Source: Candidatus Bathyarchaeota archaeon
GTDB lineage: Archaea; Thermoproteota; CALKCG01; B24; DRYS01
Direction: 5' to 3'
Length of the DNA: 64,000 bases
NCBI GenBank assembly: GCA_018396535.1
Contig: JAGTQC010000007.1
Span: forward strand, 598-64,597
The notes under the pieces were generated by a model. The model was not told where the DNA came from. It worked only from the letters and a program-made list of their open reading frames with translations, and made no database searches. The position numbers and the translations under genes are program-made. The first letter of the stretch is position 1. Every line of letters begins with the position of its first letter. This document shows, one piece after another, positions 20,867 through 31,552 of this stretch.

Positions 20867-22366
20867 CTATACGCTAGATATCATAGAATCTACGATTTCC
20901 CTAAGTCTATGCTCAGCTTCTTCAAGTCTCGATTTAAACTTCTCAATTATTCGATAAGCTTCAGATATCTTCGTATATCTATCGGAGATCATACGTTTAA
21001 CCTCCATAGGGCTTGGGCTACCGATGGTACATCTAGCTTCCACTACTCTAACAGGATCTAGAGCTGATCTAACTATCTCATCAGGTATACTGAGCGGCTT
21101 ACCATATACCCTCATAGATACTTCATCGAGAATCCTGGAATCTATCGATGATGGATCCAATCCTTTAGATATAGCTTCAGCTACTAGGGCTGCCGTTATA
21201 GTATGCGCCGTCCTGAATGGTAGATTCGCAATCCTTACAAGTGTATCAGCTAATTCTGTAGCAGTCGAAAAATCGTATACACTCCTCCTGAGTCTATCAA
21301 GGTTAAACCTAGCTGTAGCTAAAGCCCCGGAGATTATATGTATGGATGAATCTACGATGTCTATCGAATCCCATATATGAGGTGTTAGATCTTGGAAATC
21401 TCTATTATAGCTGTATGGGAGAGCTTTAACTATGGTGAGAGCTGCTATCAGGTTACCGTATACTCTACCAGTCTTGCTCCTAACAAGCTCTATGCTATCA
21501 GGATTCTTCTTTTGAGGCATAATACTACTAGTCGATGCATACGCTTCATCTAAGTCTATATAGCCGAACTCTGATGTAGACCATAGAATAATCTCCTCAG
21601 CTAGACGGCTAAGGTTGCATGCGAGTATAGCTAGATCTGCGATAGTTTCAATAGCGAAATCTCTAGAAGCTACTGCATCCATACTATTCTCCACTAATCC
21701 GTCGAATCCTAGAAGTTCAGCAGTCCTCCATCTGTCTAACGGAAAGCCTGATCCAGCTAAGGCTGCAGCTCCTAGAGGAGACATATTAACCCGCTTATAC
21801 GTCGATAATAGACGTTCTAGATCCCTATAAAATGCATCGAAGTATGCTAGTAGGTGATGTGCTAAAGTTACTGGTTGAGCATGCTGTGTATGCGTGTAAC
21901 CTGGGGATAGAGAGTAGATGTTCGCATCAGCTATGGATAGGATTATCCTCATAAGATCTACTAGAGATGAAGCTACTCTGAGTATATCCTCCCTTAGAAC
22001 TATACGTATACAAGTAGCGACTTCATCATTCCTAGATCTACCTGTATGCATCCTACCACCGACCTCTTCACCTGTAGCCTTTATCACAGCCGTCTCTATA
22101 GCTACATGTATATCCTCCATACTCATATCCTCAGCTATACTCTCGTATCCCCTCCCCTCTATATCCTTCAAAGCTGATAATATCCTAGAAGCATTATCTA
22201 AGGGTATTATACCCTTCTCAGCTAGCATAACGACGTGAGCATAATCCACCATTATATCAGCTCTAAATATTCTCCTATCTGCTTTAATAGATGATGTAAA
22301 CTCAGCTACTTCCCTAGGCCTAGCCTTCTTGAAGCGCCCCCTCCTAAGTATATCCTCCATACCCAT
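20867..22366 (-). CDS. argH: argininosuccinate lyase
   Basis: 499 aa. Fumarate-lyase signature TSSIMPQKKNPD and HTGRSRNDEVAT, which is the ArgH-type motif. Confidence 0.7.
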   Translation of the reverse strand: MGMEDILRRGRFKKARPREVAEFTSSIKADRRIFRADIMVDYAHVVMLAEKGIIPLDNASRILSALKDIEGRGYESIAEDMSMEDIHVAIETAVIKATGEEVGGRMHTGRSRNDEVATCIRIVLREDILRVASSLVDLMRIILSIADANIYSLSPGYTHTQHAQPVTLAHHLLAYFDAFYRDLERLLSTYKRVNMSPLGAAALAGSGFPLDRWRTAELLGFDGLVENSMDAVASRDFAIETIADLAILACNLSRLAEEIILWSTSEFGYIDLDEAYASTSSIMPQKKNPDSIELVRSKTGRVYGNLIAALTIVKALPYSYNRDFQDLTPHIWDSIDIVDSSIHIISGALATARFNLDRLRRSVYDFSTATELADTLVRIANLPFRTAHTITAALVAEAISKGLDPSSIDSRILDEVSMRVYGKPLSIPDEIVRSALDPVRVVEARCTIGSPSPMEVKRMISDRYTKISEAYRIIEKFKSRLEEAEHRLREIVDSMISSV

Positions 22367-22445
22367 ATACCCCAGCGTAAAAACTGTATAAGCGAACTTA
22401 AATATTCACCGTTAGCAACTATCCTACATCTAAGGTGTCTACGCT

Positions 22446-23828
22446 ATGGATCAAACCAGATCTGACATAAGAAACTTCATACTTGTAGTCTTAGATAGCT
22501 TCAGGCAGGATCATATAAGCTACTATAATAGAGGTAGGAGAGTCTTCGAGAATATACCTCCATGCAGTACGCCTTATATCGATAAATTCGCAGAGGAGAA
22601 TATAGTATTCCATAACGTATATCCATCCGGCTTACCTACCATACCGGTTAGATACGAACTACTAACGGGTATGTTCTCTCTACCCTATAGGCCTTGGCAG
22701 CCACTCCTACCATATCCTAAGGATATAACTGCTTCAGATATACTTAGTAGACATGGATATATATGCGGTTTAATAACGGATACATACCATCTATTCAAGC
22801 CTGATATGAACTTCCATAGAAGCTTCCAATGCTTTAGATGGATTAGAGGGCAGGAGTACGATGCATATACATCCTCTCCACCTAAACGTAAAGTTGAGGA
22901 TTATGTAAACGAGAATTATCCAGAGGAGTGGAAGAGACTTGTAGCTAGATACTTAGCGAATACAGATGAATTCAGATCAGAGGAGGATTACTTCCCTGCT
23001 AGAGTATTCTATGAAGCTGTAAGATGGCTTAAAGATAACCGTATACATAAGCATATATTTCTATGGGTGGACTGTTTCGATCCGCATGAGCCATGGGATC
23101 CACCTGAGAGATTCGATAAGTATACTGACCCATCATATAGCGGCCCTAGGCTAATACTACCTATGGGTGGATACGCGGATAGATGGGCTACGAAGGAGCA
23201 GATAGATTATATCAGAGGCTTGTATGCTGGTGAAGCATCCTTCGTAGACTATTGTTTCGGAAGATTCTTAGAGGAGTTGAAGGATCTGGGATATTACGAA
23301 GACTCCATCATAGTAGTTACGGCTGATCATGGCCATCCGCTTGCTGATCATGGAAAATTCCTTAAAGGACCAGATAGAATGTATAGCGAACTACTAAAGG
23401 TGCCGTTCATCATGCGTATACCAGGCTGCAAGCATAGAGATATAGATGCACTCATACAATTCCCAGATATCCTACCCACAGTCCTAGAGCTACTAGGACT
23501 AGGATCTGAAGCTAGATGTATGCAAGGATTAAGCTTCGTAGATGTAATCGAAGGATTGAAAACCGATCATAGAAACTACGTTATATCGGGATACCATGAG
23601 GCAGTAGATCGATGTATAAGAAATAGAGAATGGAGCTATGTAAAGAGACCTGAAGGACAGCCAGACGAATTATATAATCTAATCGATGATCCTAAGGAAA
23701 AGAGGAATGTTATAGATGAGAGAAAGGATGTAGCATTAAAGCTTGCATCATACTATGGATTATACTTCCATAGGGTAGAGAAGCCTTGGATAGTTAAAGG
23801 CTTACAAGGCCTATACGAGACTATGTAA
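22446..23828 (+). CDS. sulfatase / alkaline-phosphatase superfamily protein with a non-canonical active-site motif
   Basis: 460 aa. Sulfatase-like N-terminal LVVLDSFRQD and C-terminal DHGHPLADHGKF. The usual C/S-x-P-x-R formylglycine motif appears as CSTPY, with no Arg. Confidence 0.6.
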   Translation: MDQTRSDIRNFILVVLDSFRQDHISYYNRGRRVFENIPPCSTPYIDKFAEENIVFHNVYPSGLPTIPVRYELLTGMFSLPYRPWQPLLPYPKDITASDILSRHGYICGLITDTYHLFKPDMNFHRSFQCFRWIRGQEYDAYTSSPPKRKVEDYVNENYPEEWKRLVARYLANTDEFRSEEDYFPARVFYEAVRWLKDNRIHKHIFLWVDCFDPHEPWDPPERFDKYTDPSYSGPRLILPMGGYADRWATKEQIDYIRGLYAGEASFVDYCFGRFLEELKDLGYYEDSIIVVTADHGHPLADHGKFLKGPDRMYSELLKVPFIMRIPGCKHRDIDALIQFPDILPTVLELLGLGSEARCMQGLSFVDVIEGLKTDHRNYVISGYHEAVDRCIRNREWSYVKRPEGQPDELYNLIDDPKEKRNVIDERKDVALKLASYYGLYFHRVEKPWIVKGLQGLYETM

Positions 23829-23872
23829 AAGTAGACCCTGAAAAATTTTAATACCTTAGTAAGGAAAATTAC

Positions 23873-24115
23873 TTGATAGATATGCCCGTATTAGCATATG
23901 TATTCATAAACGTAGAGGCGGGGAGAGCCTTCAAAGTTCTTGAAGCGGTTAAGAAGATCGAGGGAGTGAAGGATGCTCATACGGTTACAGGAATATACGA
24001 TATAATAGCATTAGTAGAAGCGGCAGATCTAAAAGAGCTAGGGGAGAAGATAGTGGATAGGATACAAGGTACAAAAGGTGTGGAGAGAACGGTAACAGCA
24101 GTAATCATAGAATAG
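23873..24115 (+). CDS. stand-alone Lrp/AsnC C-terminal (RAM) domain protein
   Basis: 80 aa with the beta-alpha-beta-beta-alpha-beta RAM-domain pattern (VLAYVFINVEAG…VKDAHTVTGIYDIIALVEA). Confidence 0.6.
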   Translation: MIDMPVLAYVFINVEAGRAFKVLEAVKKIEGVKDAHTVTGIYDIIALVEAADLKELGEKIVDRIQGTKGVERTVTAVIIE

Positions 24116-24193
24116 GACACGTATTAGGTACACCTCAGCTAGGATAGAAACGTTTTAATCTTCAGTATTAGATGATAGTATCGTAAATAGAAA

Positions 24194-24268
24194 GGTCCGG
24201 TAGCTCAGCCTGGCTGGAGCACCAGCTTGGTAAGCTGGGGGTCGCGGGTTCAAATCCCGCCCGGACCT
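24194..24268 (+). tRNA. tRNA-Thr (anticodon GGT)
   Basis: I folded it by hand as a cloverleaf. Acceptor GGTCCGG/CCGGACC, D stem GCTC/GAGC, anticodon stem CCAGC/GCTGG with loop TTGGTAA, T arm GCGGG-TTCAAAT-CCCGC. No intron and no encoded CCA. Confidence 0.85.
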
Positions 24269-24453
24269 CTAACCCTGAAGATAAAGGTATAGATTCCAAA
24301 GTTTATCCTTCCTATTGATGGTACCCTAGAGGTATCTCCTACAGGTTGAAAGTATCAGCTATCATTATAGTGGGATTAAATAAGGAGGCAGCTTGTAAAA
24401 AGTTATATACCAAAAGCTTTTGGCGATACATAAAGGTGAAAGGTTTATCGTAG

Positions 24454-25659
24454 GTGTTGTTTATGGTTTTGAAGCTTGCTATTGTTGGATGTGGAGGTAT
24501 GGCTGAGACCCATCTGAGAGCTTACATTACTATTAAGCAGATGGAGCCTGAGAAGTTTGAGTTTGTAGCTATGTGTGATCCAGTATTAGCTTCAGCCGAA
24601 AGGTTTGCTAATACCGCTGCTCAAAGTCAGACTTTTAAACCTAGGGTATACTCTAGCTTAGATTATATGCTTTCTAGAGAGGAGCTTGATGCTGTAGATA
24701 TTTGTACACCCCATTCGGAGCATCATAGAGCTGCTATAGCATGTTTAAATGCTGGAGCTAACGTTATGGTTGAGAAGCCTTTTGGAGTAACGGTTAAGGC
24801 TAGTAAAGCTATAATAGAAGCCGCTAAGAGAAACAATAAGATTGTTGCTGTAGCTGAAAATATTAGGCGAGGTTTAAGTCAGAGAACAGCGTATTGGATT
24901 ATAAACGAGCTTAAAATGCTTGGTGAACCTAGGTTATTCTTCGCTCAGCATGCTAGCTGGCAAGATCCTATGGAGGAGAGGATTTGGCATTGGAGAATCG
25001 ATAGGATGCTGAGTGGAGGGGGGATGGTTATGGATAGTGGAGCTCACTTCGCCGATATGCTAAGATACCTATATGGGGATCCTGAAATGATATATGCTAG
25101 GGTTACACAGTTTGAAAAATGGCCGCATAGGAAGGGGGATAAGATAGTTTATGATGAACGAGAGGATAGCTGGATAGCTATAATAAACTTCGAGAATGGT
25201 TTGATATGTACATGGAGCTGGACTATAGCAGCTCCAGGGTATAGTCACACAAACGTTGTACATTATGGTAGTAGAGGATGCCTACTAGATCACGGTGATG
25301 TTTTCCACGGGCCATTCGATAATGCTGAAGTCATAATACAAGATGGATCTAAGAAGATCGTCTACCCTATGAAAGTACTCGAGAAGGATTATCTAAACTC
25401 TCTAGATGATGAAAGGAGGAAGAGGCTTTTCCCCTACGGCATTACGAACGGGGTTTTCATAGAATGCTACGATTTCTTAGAAGCTATCGAGAAGGGGAGG
25501 AAGCCTGAAGTCGATGGCGAAGAAGGGCTTAAAGCTAAAGCTATATGCGAAGCTATATACGAATCCGCTTACCTAGGTCAACCAGTGAACTATAGAGATG
25601 TTTTAGAGGGTAGGATCGAAGCCTATCAGAAATCCATCAATGAGTATTTCGGTCTCTAA
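24454..25659 (+). CDS. Gfo/Idh/MocA family NAD(P)-dependent oxidoreductase
   Basis: 401 aa. N-terminal Rossmann LKLAIVGCGGMAE, an EKP motif, and the C-terminal alpha/beta domain typical of the family. Confidence 0.8.
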   Translation: MLFMVLKLAIVGCGGMAETHLRAYITIKQMEPEKFEFVAMCDPVLASAERFANTAAQSQTFKPRVYSSLDYMLSREELDAVDICTPHSEHHRAAIACLNAGANVMVEKPFGVTVKASKAIIEAAKRNNKIVAVAENIRRGLSQRTAYWIINELKMLGEPRLFFAQHASWQDPMEERIWHWRIDRMLSGGGMVMDSGAHFADMLRYLYGDPEMIYARVTQFEKWPHRKGDKIVYDEREDSWIAIINFENGLICTWSWTIAAPGYSHTNVVHYGSRGCLLDHGDVFHGPFDNAEVIIQDGSKKIVYPMKVLEKDYLNSLDDERRKRLFPYGITNGVFIECYDFLEAIEKGRKPEVDGEEGLKAKAICEAIYESAYLGQPVNYRDVLEGRIEAYQKSINEYFGL

Positions 25660-25873
25660 CCATAGCCTTCATATCGAATCGATTTAAAGATTCACCCTAT
25701 CTACAAAATTCTAAACATCCTAAATAGCTTCTCAAGATATCTGTCGGCGGTTGGTAGAGAGTTAGGTATCGGGTAGAGTTTTTCTCGAGAAGATTATAGT
25801 ATCGAATAGCTAGTGGAATCTGCATTCGAGGTTAATTCTAATTTAGCTATGATAGCTTAAGTATAGTAGTGCC

Positions 25874-26236
25874 ATGCCTAGGTTTGTTGTTCACGAGCAT
25901 ATCGCTAGGAAAGCCGGTTTACACTACGATCTAAGGATAGAAGTAAATGGAATTCTAAAAGATTGGGCTTTTAGGAAGCCTCCGCCAGAAGAGATAGGTG
26001 TGAAAAGGTTTGGTGTAGCTCAACCAGATCATGATATATATTGGCTGAATTTCGAGGGGGAGATAGATAATGGATATGGGGCGGGTGTTATGAGGATATG
26101 GGATCAAGGCTTATACGATCTAGTCAAAATGACAGATAACTCTATAACTTTAGAACTCCATGGAAGCAAGCTTAGAGGAAGATATAAGCTCATAAAGTTC
26201 AAAGATGGATGGCTATTCTTTAAACTTAAAGCTTAG
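25874..26236 (+). CDS. stand-alone LigD-type 3'-phosphoesterase (PE) domain protein
   Basis: 120 aa. FVVHEH-A-LHYDLRIE-G-L-WAF-KPP matches the LigD PE domain signature (H-A-LHYDxRLE…SWAVPKGP). Confidence 0.55.
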   Translation: MPRFVVHEHIARKAGLHYDLRIEVNGILKDWAFRKPPPEEIGVKRFGVAQPDHDIYWLNFEGEIDNGYGAGVMRIWDQGLYDLVKMTDNSITLELHGSKLRGRYKLIKFKDGWLFFKLKA

Positions 26237-26327
26237 CTCCATCTAACATAAACCCGATCATGTATAGTATACATAATAGCCGATGACTCTGTACGAACCT
26301 CATCTATTATTCACTATCATTACTCCG

Positions 26328-26681
26328 CTAAAATATCGGCGGTACGAAAACTGATAAAACCATTAATGGCTCGATAACCTTAACTAGACCGTGTCTCACA
26401 CCCTTAGGGATATAGATGAAAACTCCTTCGAATAACTCCTTTTCTCCTAGTCCCTCGATAAATATTGTAGCCTTCCCCCTGATACAATACTCTATCTGAT
26501 CGCTATCACCATGTACATGTATACTCATCATCTCAGCACTATCGATTATACTCAACCTAACACTAGCAGTAGGTGTATCACTTCTAGACAAAAGGATTTT
26601 TGTTAAAAACGGTGTACCTTCACTAAAAGCTACATCCCCCTCATACCTAACTATTGGCTTCATACCAACCTCTTCATACAA
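26328..26681 (-). CDS. cupin-domain protein
   Basis: 117 aa. Cupin motif MSIHVHGDSDQIEYCIRG and the beta-barrel pattern. Confidence 0.5.
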   Translation of the reverse strand: MYEEVGMKPIVRYEGDVAFSEGTPFLTKILLSRSDTPTASVRLSIIDSAEMMSIHVHGDSDQIEYCIRGKATIFIEGLGEKELFEGVFIYIPKGVRHGLVKVIEPLMVLSVFVPPIF

Positions 26682-27086
26682 CCCACTCCGATATATAAAT
26701 ATTTAAACTCTTCTATTTAATCAGTATATCAATAGAAAATAATGTAATATAATAAATTGATTATAGTAAATGGGATCACTAATACGAAGATTACTAGAGT
26801 AATGTAATAATAAGATAGTAATAATGTTAAAATTTCTATATTAAATATCAATAACTTTATCAGTAATATAATATTAAACTTAAAAGTTTATTTTATTATC
26901 ATAATGTTTGAATTTTACCTATGAGTGATTGAGTTAGCTTCTCTATCTGTAAGCTTCAATCCGTTCCGTTTAGTGATTTAAGTAGTTGACCCATCTAGGC
27001 TTTGTAGGTGTTTTTAACTTTGTAAATATTCTCAGTAAGGTTTATATGTTTGGTACGCATGTTTTGGTCGAGTAGAGATTATAGGA

Positions 27087-29036
27087 ATGACGGGTAGCTT
27101 TATGGATTCCTCACAATGTATTGGACGAAGTTTGAGTAAAATGGAGAAGGTAGATGAGTATATCGATATTCTAAGAGGGAGGATGGATGAAGAGGATTTC
27201 TGTAAGCTTTCTAGGATAAGTAATCCTGATGTTTATAGGTTCATAGCTGAGGCTATCGAGCTCTGCGATCCTAGGGATGTATTCATCTGTAGTGATACAG
27301 CTGATGAGCTTGAGTATATTAGACGTATGGCTATAGTTAGCCGTGAGGAGCATCCTCTAGCTACTCCTGGTCATACTTATCATTTCGATGGGTACTATGA
27401 TCAAGGTAGGGATCGTGAAGTAACGAAGTTTCTCGTACCTAAGGGTGATTTCCTAAGTCCTGCTTTAAACCAGATAGATAGGGATGAGGGGTTAAGGGAA
27501 ATCTTCGATCTTCTTAGAGGATCTATGAGGGGGCGTACTATGATAGTTAGATTCCTGATCCTAGGTCCTGAGGATTCCATATTTACGATACCCTGTATGG
27601 AGTGTACAGATTCATGGTATGTAGCTCACTCTGTAAGTCTCCTATACCGTAGCGGATATAGAACGTTCACTCGTATGAAGCCTAGTACAGAGTTCTTTAA
27701 AACACTACATTCTGCAGGTGAGCTAGATGAGAGGATGGTAAGCGTTAATTATAGTAAGAAGCGTATATACATAGATTATATCACTAATACCGTTTACAGC
27801 GTTAATACTCAGTATGCAGGTAATTCTATAGGTTTTAAGAAGCTTGCTCTTCGTTTAGCTATACGTAAAGCTCACAGTGAAGGATGGCTTGCTGAACATT
27901 TTATGATAATGGGTGTGCATGGACCTGGTGGTCGTAAAACGTACATAGCAGGGGCTTTTCCCAGCGCGTGTGGTAAAACATCTACCGCTATGCTTCCAGG
28001 AGAAACTATACTAGCTGATGATATAGCTTACGTACGTAACATCGATGGGGTATGCCGAGCTGTCAATGCCGAAATCGGTATATTCGGTATACTCAAGGAT
28101 ATTAATCCGGTAGATGATCCACTCCTATACAAAGTTCTTACGAGTCCAGGTGAGATAATATTCTCTAACGTCTTGGTTAAGGATGGTAAGCCTTGGTGGC
28201 TAGGTATGGGGTGTGATGTACCGGATGAAGGTGAAAATTATAGTGGTAGATGGTTTAAAGGTAAGATAGGCCCGGATGGTAAAGAGGTGCCTCCGGCAAG
28301 TGAGAATGCTCGTTATACTATATCTTTAAAGATGCTACCTAATTGTGATCCTGAATTGGATAACCCGCTAGGTGTTGAGCTTGGAGCTATAATCTATGGA
28401 GGTAGGGATTATAGAGCTTATGTACCAGTACAGCAAGCTTTTAGTTGGGAGCATGGTGTAGTAGCTTACGGGGCTTCCTTAGAAACAGAGACAACATTCG
28501 CTTTAGTCGAGGAGAAGGGTAGATACGAGATAAATGTTATGAGTATACAGGATTTTCTATCCATACCGTTAGATCAGTATATAAGGAATTACATAGATTT
28601 CGGTAGGAAACTTGTGAAGAAACCATTGATTTTCGGAGTGAACTATTTCCTAAGGGATCTTAGGACAGGTGAATTTCTAAACGATCGGAGGGATAAGCAT
28701 GTATGGATAAAATGGATTGAACTACGCGTACATAGAGATGTTAAAGCTTTGAAGACTCCTACAGGTCTAATACCTAGATACGAAGATCTTGTTATATTAT
28801 TCAAGCGAGTGTTAGGTAAGAGTTATGATTACAACGATTATGAGAGACAGTTTACGATTCGTATACCTGAAAATCTGCGCAAAATCGAGCGTGTACTAGA
28901 ATTCTGGAAGACTAAAGTCCTAAATACACCTCTCGAACTACTTCGTATACTGGATGAACAGGCTAAACGTTTGATCGAGTATAGAGAGCGGTATGGCGAC
29001 TATGTACCTCCAGATAGATTCGAAGAAGAGGAATAA
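27087..29036 (+). CDS. pckG: phosphoenolpyruvate carboxykinase (GTP)
   Basis: 649 aa. Kinase-1a P-loop FPSACGKTSTAML and the other GTP-PEPCK conserved blocks. The true start may be an internal Met about 20 codons downstream. Confidence 0.9.
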   Translation: MTGSFMDSSQCIGRSLSKMEKVDEYIDILRGRMDEEDFCKLSRISNPDVYRFIAEAIELCDPRDVFICSDTADELEYIRRMAIVSREEHPLATPGHTYHFDGYYDQGRDREVTKFLVPKGDFLSPALNQIDRDEGLREIFDLLRGSMRGRTMIVRFLILGPEDSIFTIPCMECTDSWYVAHSVSLLYRSGYRTFTRMKPSTEFFKTLHSAGELDERMVSVNYSKKRIYIDYITNTVYSVNTQYAGNSIGFKKLALRLAIRKAHSEGWLAEHFMIMGVHGPGGRKTYIAGAFPSACGKTSTAMLPGETILADDIAYVRNIDGVCRAVNAEIGIFGILKDINPVDDPLLYKVLTSPGEIIFSNVLVKDGKPWWLGMGCDVPDEGENYSGRWFKGKIGPDGKEVPPASENARYTISLKMLPNCDPELDNPLGVELGAIIYGGRDYRAYVPVQQAFSWEHGVVAYGASLETETTFALVEEKGRYEINVMSIQDFLSIPLDQYIRNYIDFGRKLVKKPLIFGVNYFLRDLRTGEFLNDRRDKHVWIKWIELRVHRDVKALKTPTGLIPRYEDLVILFKRVLGKSYDYNDYERQFTIRIPENLRKIERVLEFWKTKVLNTPLELLRILDEQAKRLIEYRERYGDYVPPDRFEEEE

Positions 29037-29042
29037 TCATTA

Positions 29043-30467
29043 TTATCCCTCCTCTAGCCATCTTAGTATAACTTCCTCATCTCTATCAGTCCAAGGTTTC
29101 ACATTCTCTTCCTCGACTTCCCAGCCTGAGAATATCTTCGACATAAGTTTCTCATAATCACTCTTCTCCTTATGCATAATTCTCCACTTCCTGAACGAAT
29201 CCTTATTATATTCCTCAACTTCCCTATAGACATCCATATAGTCTACTATACTTTTAAGGAGGTTATCCATCTCCTCAACCTTCCACTTATACTCACCTGC
29301 TAGATCGTTTACCTCCCATGGATCATCCTCTAGGTTGAATAATTGTGGAGGCATACCTGCATAAGCTATATATTTCCATACACCTCTTCTCACCATGAAT
29401 ATACTTGTAGCAGATGATTCACCATGATACTCGCTGAAAACCCAATCAGGCCTGCTAGGTTTATCACCTTTGAGGAATGGTGATAGACTATAGCCATCTA
29501 AATCATTTGGATAACCTATACCAGCTATATCCATGAAGGTAGGATATAGATCTACTAGTGAGACTAAATCCTCTACTCTAAATCCTCTCATTATACCTGG
29601 ACCTGAGATTATGAGTGGTACCCTGACGGAGGGTTCGTACATCGTATGCTTATGGGTTAATCCATGCTCCATAGCATGATCACCATGATCACTGGAGAAT
29701 ACGATATATGTAGATTCCATGAGACCTGAGTCTTCTAAACAGTCTAGGATTCTACCAACCATACGATCAACTTCGGATATCATAGCGAAATATGTCTTTC
29801 TAACAAGCTTTATACTCTCGCTAGATAGATTGAAACGTGTAACCCATACCCTCTTGAAATACTCTATAGCCGGGTGTACGCTTCTATCTGGTGGAGGAAT
29901 TTCGACTCCATCATCATCTATAAATCTAAGATACTCCTCAGAGGTTCTATATGGTGGATGCGGTGCGCTTAAACCTATGTAAAGCATAAATGGTTTATCT
30001 ATGGATGATGCATCCTCTCTTAACCATCTAACAGCCTCGTCTATATTAATCCAATCCCCCTTATGAACCCTCTCGATCCTTTCAGGTATAATCCTCGGAG
30101 CTTCAACTGTATGAGTAGGGCGAAGTAGTATTCTATTAGGTGTCCTAGTCCATGCACTAACTCTAGCCCTCTCGGTATGGTGGCCTGAGAGGTAATCTGT
30201 CTTCCCGATAACTCTGAGAATATATCCTGCATCTCTTAGATGATCTTCGAATGTAGGAGTACCTTCCTCGAGACCTTTAAAGTTATTCCAAGCCTTACAC
30301 TTATACACATACATGCCGCTCCATATGCTAGCTCTAGATGGTACGCAGAGAGGGCTGTTGGCATACGTATTTATGAATAGTACTCCTCTATCTGCAAGCC
30401 TATCTAGATTTGGTGTTGCTCTCCACATAGCTGGATGATCCATGCATCCCATAATCCTTCCATCCAT
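29043..30467 (-). CDS. arylsulfatase family protein
   Basis: 474 aa with the canonical formylglycine motif SPLCVPSRASIWSG and the C-terminal sulfatase DHG…H pattern. Confidence 0.8.
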   Translation of the reverse strand: MDGRIMGCMDHPAMWRATPNLDRLADRGVLFINTYANSPLCVPSRASIWSGMYVYKCKAWNNFKGLEEGTPTFEDHLRDAGYILRVIGKTDYLSGHHTERARVSAWTRTPNRILLRPTHTVEAPRIIPERIERVHKGDWINIDEAVRWLREDASSIDKPFMLYIGLSAPHPPYRTSEEYLRFIDDDGVEIPPPDRSVHPAIEYFKRVWVTRFNLSSESIKLVRKTYFAMISEVDRMVGRILDCLEDSGLMESTYIVFSSDHGDHAMEHGLTHKHTMYEPSVRVPLIISGPGIMRGFRVEDLVSLVDLYPTFMDIAGIGYPNDLDGYSLSPFLKGDKPSRPDWVFSEYHGESSATSIFMVRRGVWKYIAYAGMPPQLFNLEDDPWEVNDLAGEYKWKVEEMDNLLKSIVDYMDVYREVEEYNKDSFRKWRIMHKEKSDYEKLMSKIFSGWEVEEENVKPWTDRDEEVILRWLEEG

Positions 30468-30582
30468 GCTATCACATAGTATGAATACTATATTCGGGTT
30501 ATGATGCGTAGTACATCAACCTCCTACCGTTAAGCATGGTATATAACGATATAAATCTAAGTCTTTCACTTTTGAAGGGAAG

Positions 30583-31545
30583 TCATGTATCTATATGCAT
30601 TCTAGGTATAACCCGGTATTCATAATCCTCTTCAGTTCTCGAAATCTCTATGGTCAATCCATCCTCAGCCACTACCACATTTGGATGTATTCTTCTAGCC
30701 TCATCTAGTAGTATATCCGATGTAACATATCTAGCTGATATATGCGTCAATACTAGAAGCTTCACAGAGCTTCTCAAAGCTATATATGCAGCTTGAGCTG
30801 CAGTGCTATGCCTCTCAGCCATAGCCTTATCTGCTAGATCCTCTGTGAACGTTGCTTCATGTATGAGTATATCTACACCCTCCGCAAGCTCCTCGATAGC
30901 TCTACATGGTACGGTATCGCCTGTGTAGGCTAGCTTAAACCCTCTACGTGGAGGGCCTAAGACATCGCTAGGCTTGATAATCCTTCCATCATTTAGTTTT
31001 ATAGATTCTCCAAGTTGTAGCTTCTTCCATAGCGGCCCTTTAGGTATACCTAGAGCTATAGCTTTATCTGGGTAGAATAAGCCAGGTCTATCCTTCTCCT
31101 CGAATCTATATCCGTAGGATTCACCTCCATGTTGAACTCTACGACATAGAATCCTATAAGCTCCGAAATCGTAGTATACGTTATCCTCGACTTTGAAGAT
31201 TTTGAGATCGTACGTTGTATTTAAACCGATAGTATCTCTTAAACAATGTATATACTCTCCAAGTCTAGATGGACCGTAAACCTCTACAGGAGTCTTCCTA
31301 TCTAGAAGGGAGAATGTTTGGAGTAGACCTGGTAAGCCTAGGATATGATCTCCATGCATATGTGATATAAATACCCTTAGAGGTCTACCCATACCTATCC
31401 TATACTCTATGAATCGGAGTTGTATACCCTCACCGCAATCGAATAGTATAAGATCTGAATCCCATTCGATAAGTATACCTGGTAGATTACGATTTAGAGT
31501 AGGCATACCTGCTGATGTACCTAGGAATAATATACGATACGGCAT
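30583..31545 (-). CDS. rnz: ribonuclease Z (tRNA 3' endonuclease), metallo-beta-lactamase fold
   Basis: 320 aa. HxHxDH zinc motif (HMHGDHILG), short-form RNase Z size, conserved downstream His/Asp. Confidence 0.7.
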   Translation of the reverse strand: MPYRILFLGTSAGMPTLNRNLPGILIEWDSDLILFDCGEGIQLRFIEYRIGMGRPLRVFISHMHGDHILGLPGLLQTFSLLDRKTPVEVYGPSRLGEYIHCLRDTIGLNTTYDLKIFKVEDNVYYDFGAYRILCRRVQHGGESYGYRFEEKDRPGLFYPDKAIALGIPKGPLWKKLQLGESIKLNDGRIIKPSDVLGPPRRGFKLAYTGDTVPCRAIEELAEGVDILIHEATFTEDLADKAMAERHSTAAQAAYIALRSSVKLLVLTHISARYVTSDILLDEARRIHPNVVVAEDGLTIEISRTEEDYEYRVIPRMHIDT

Positions 31546-31552
31546 AGCGATC

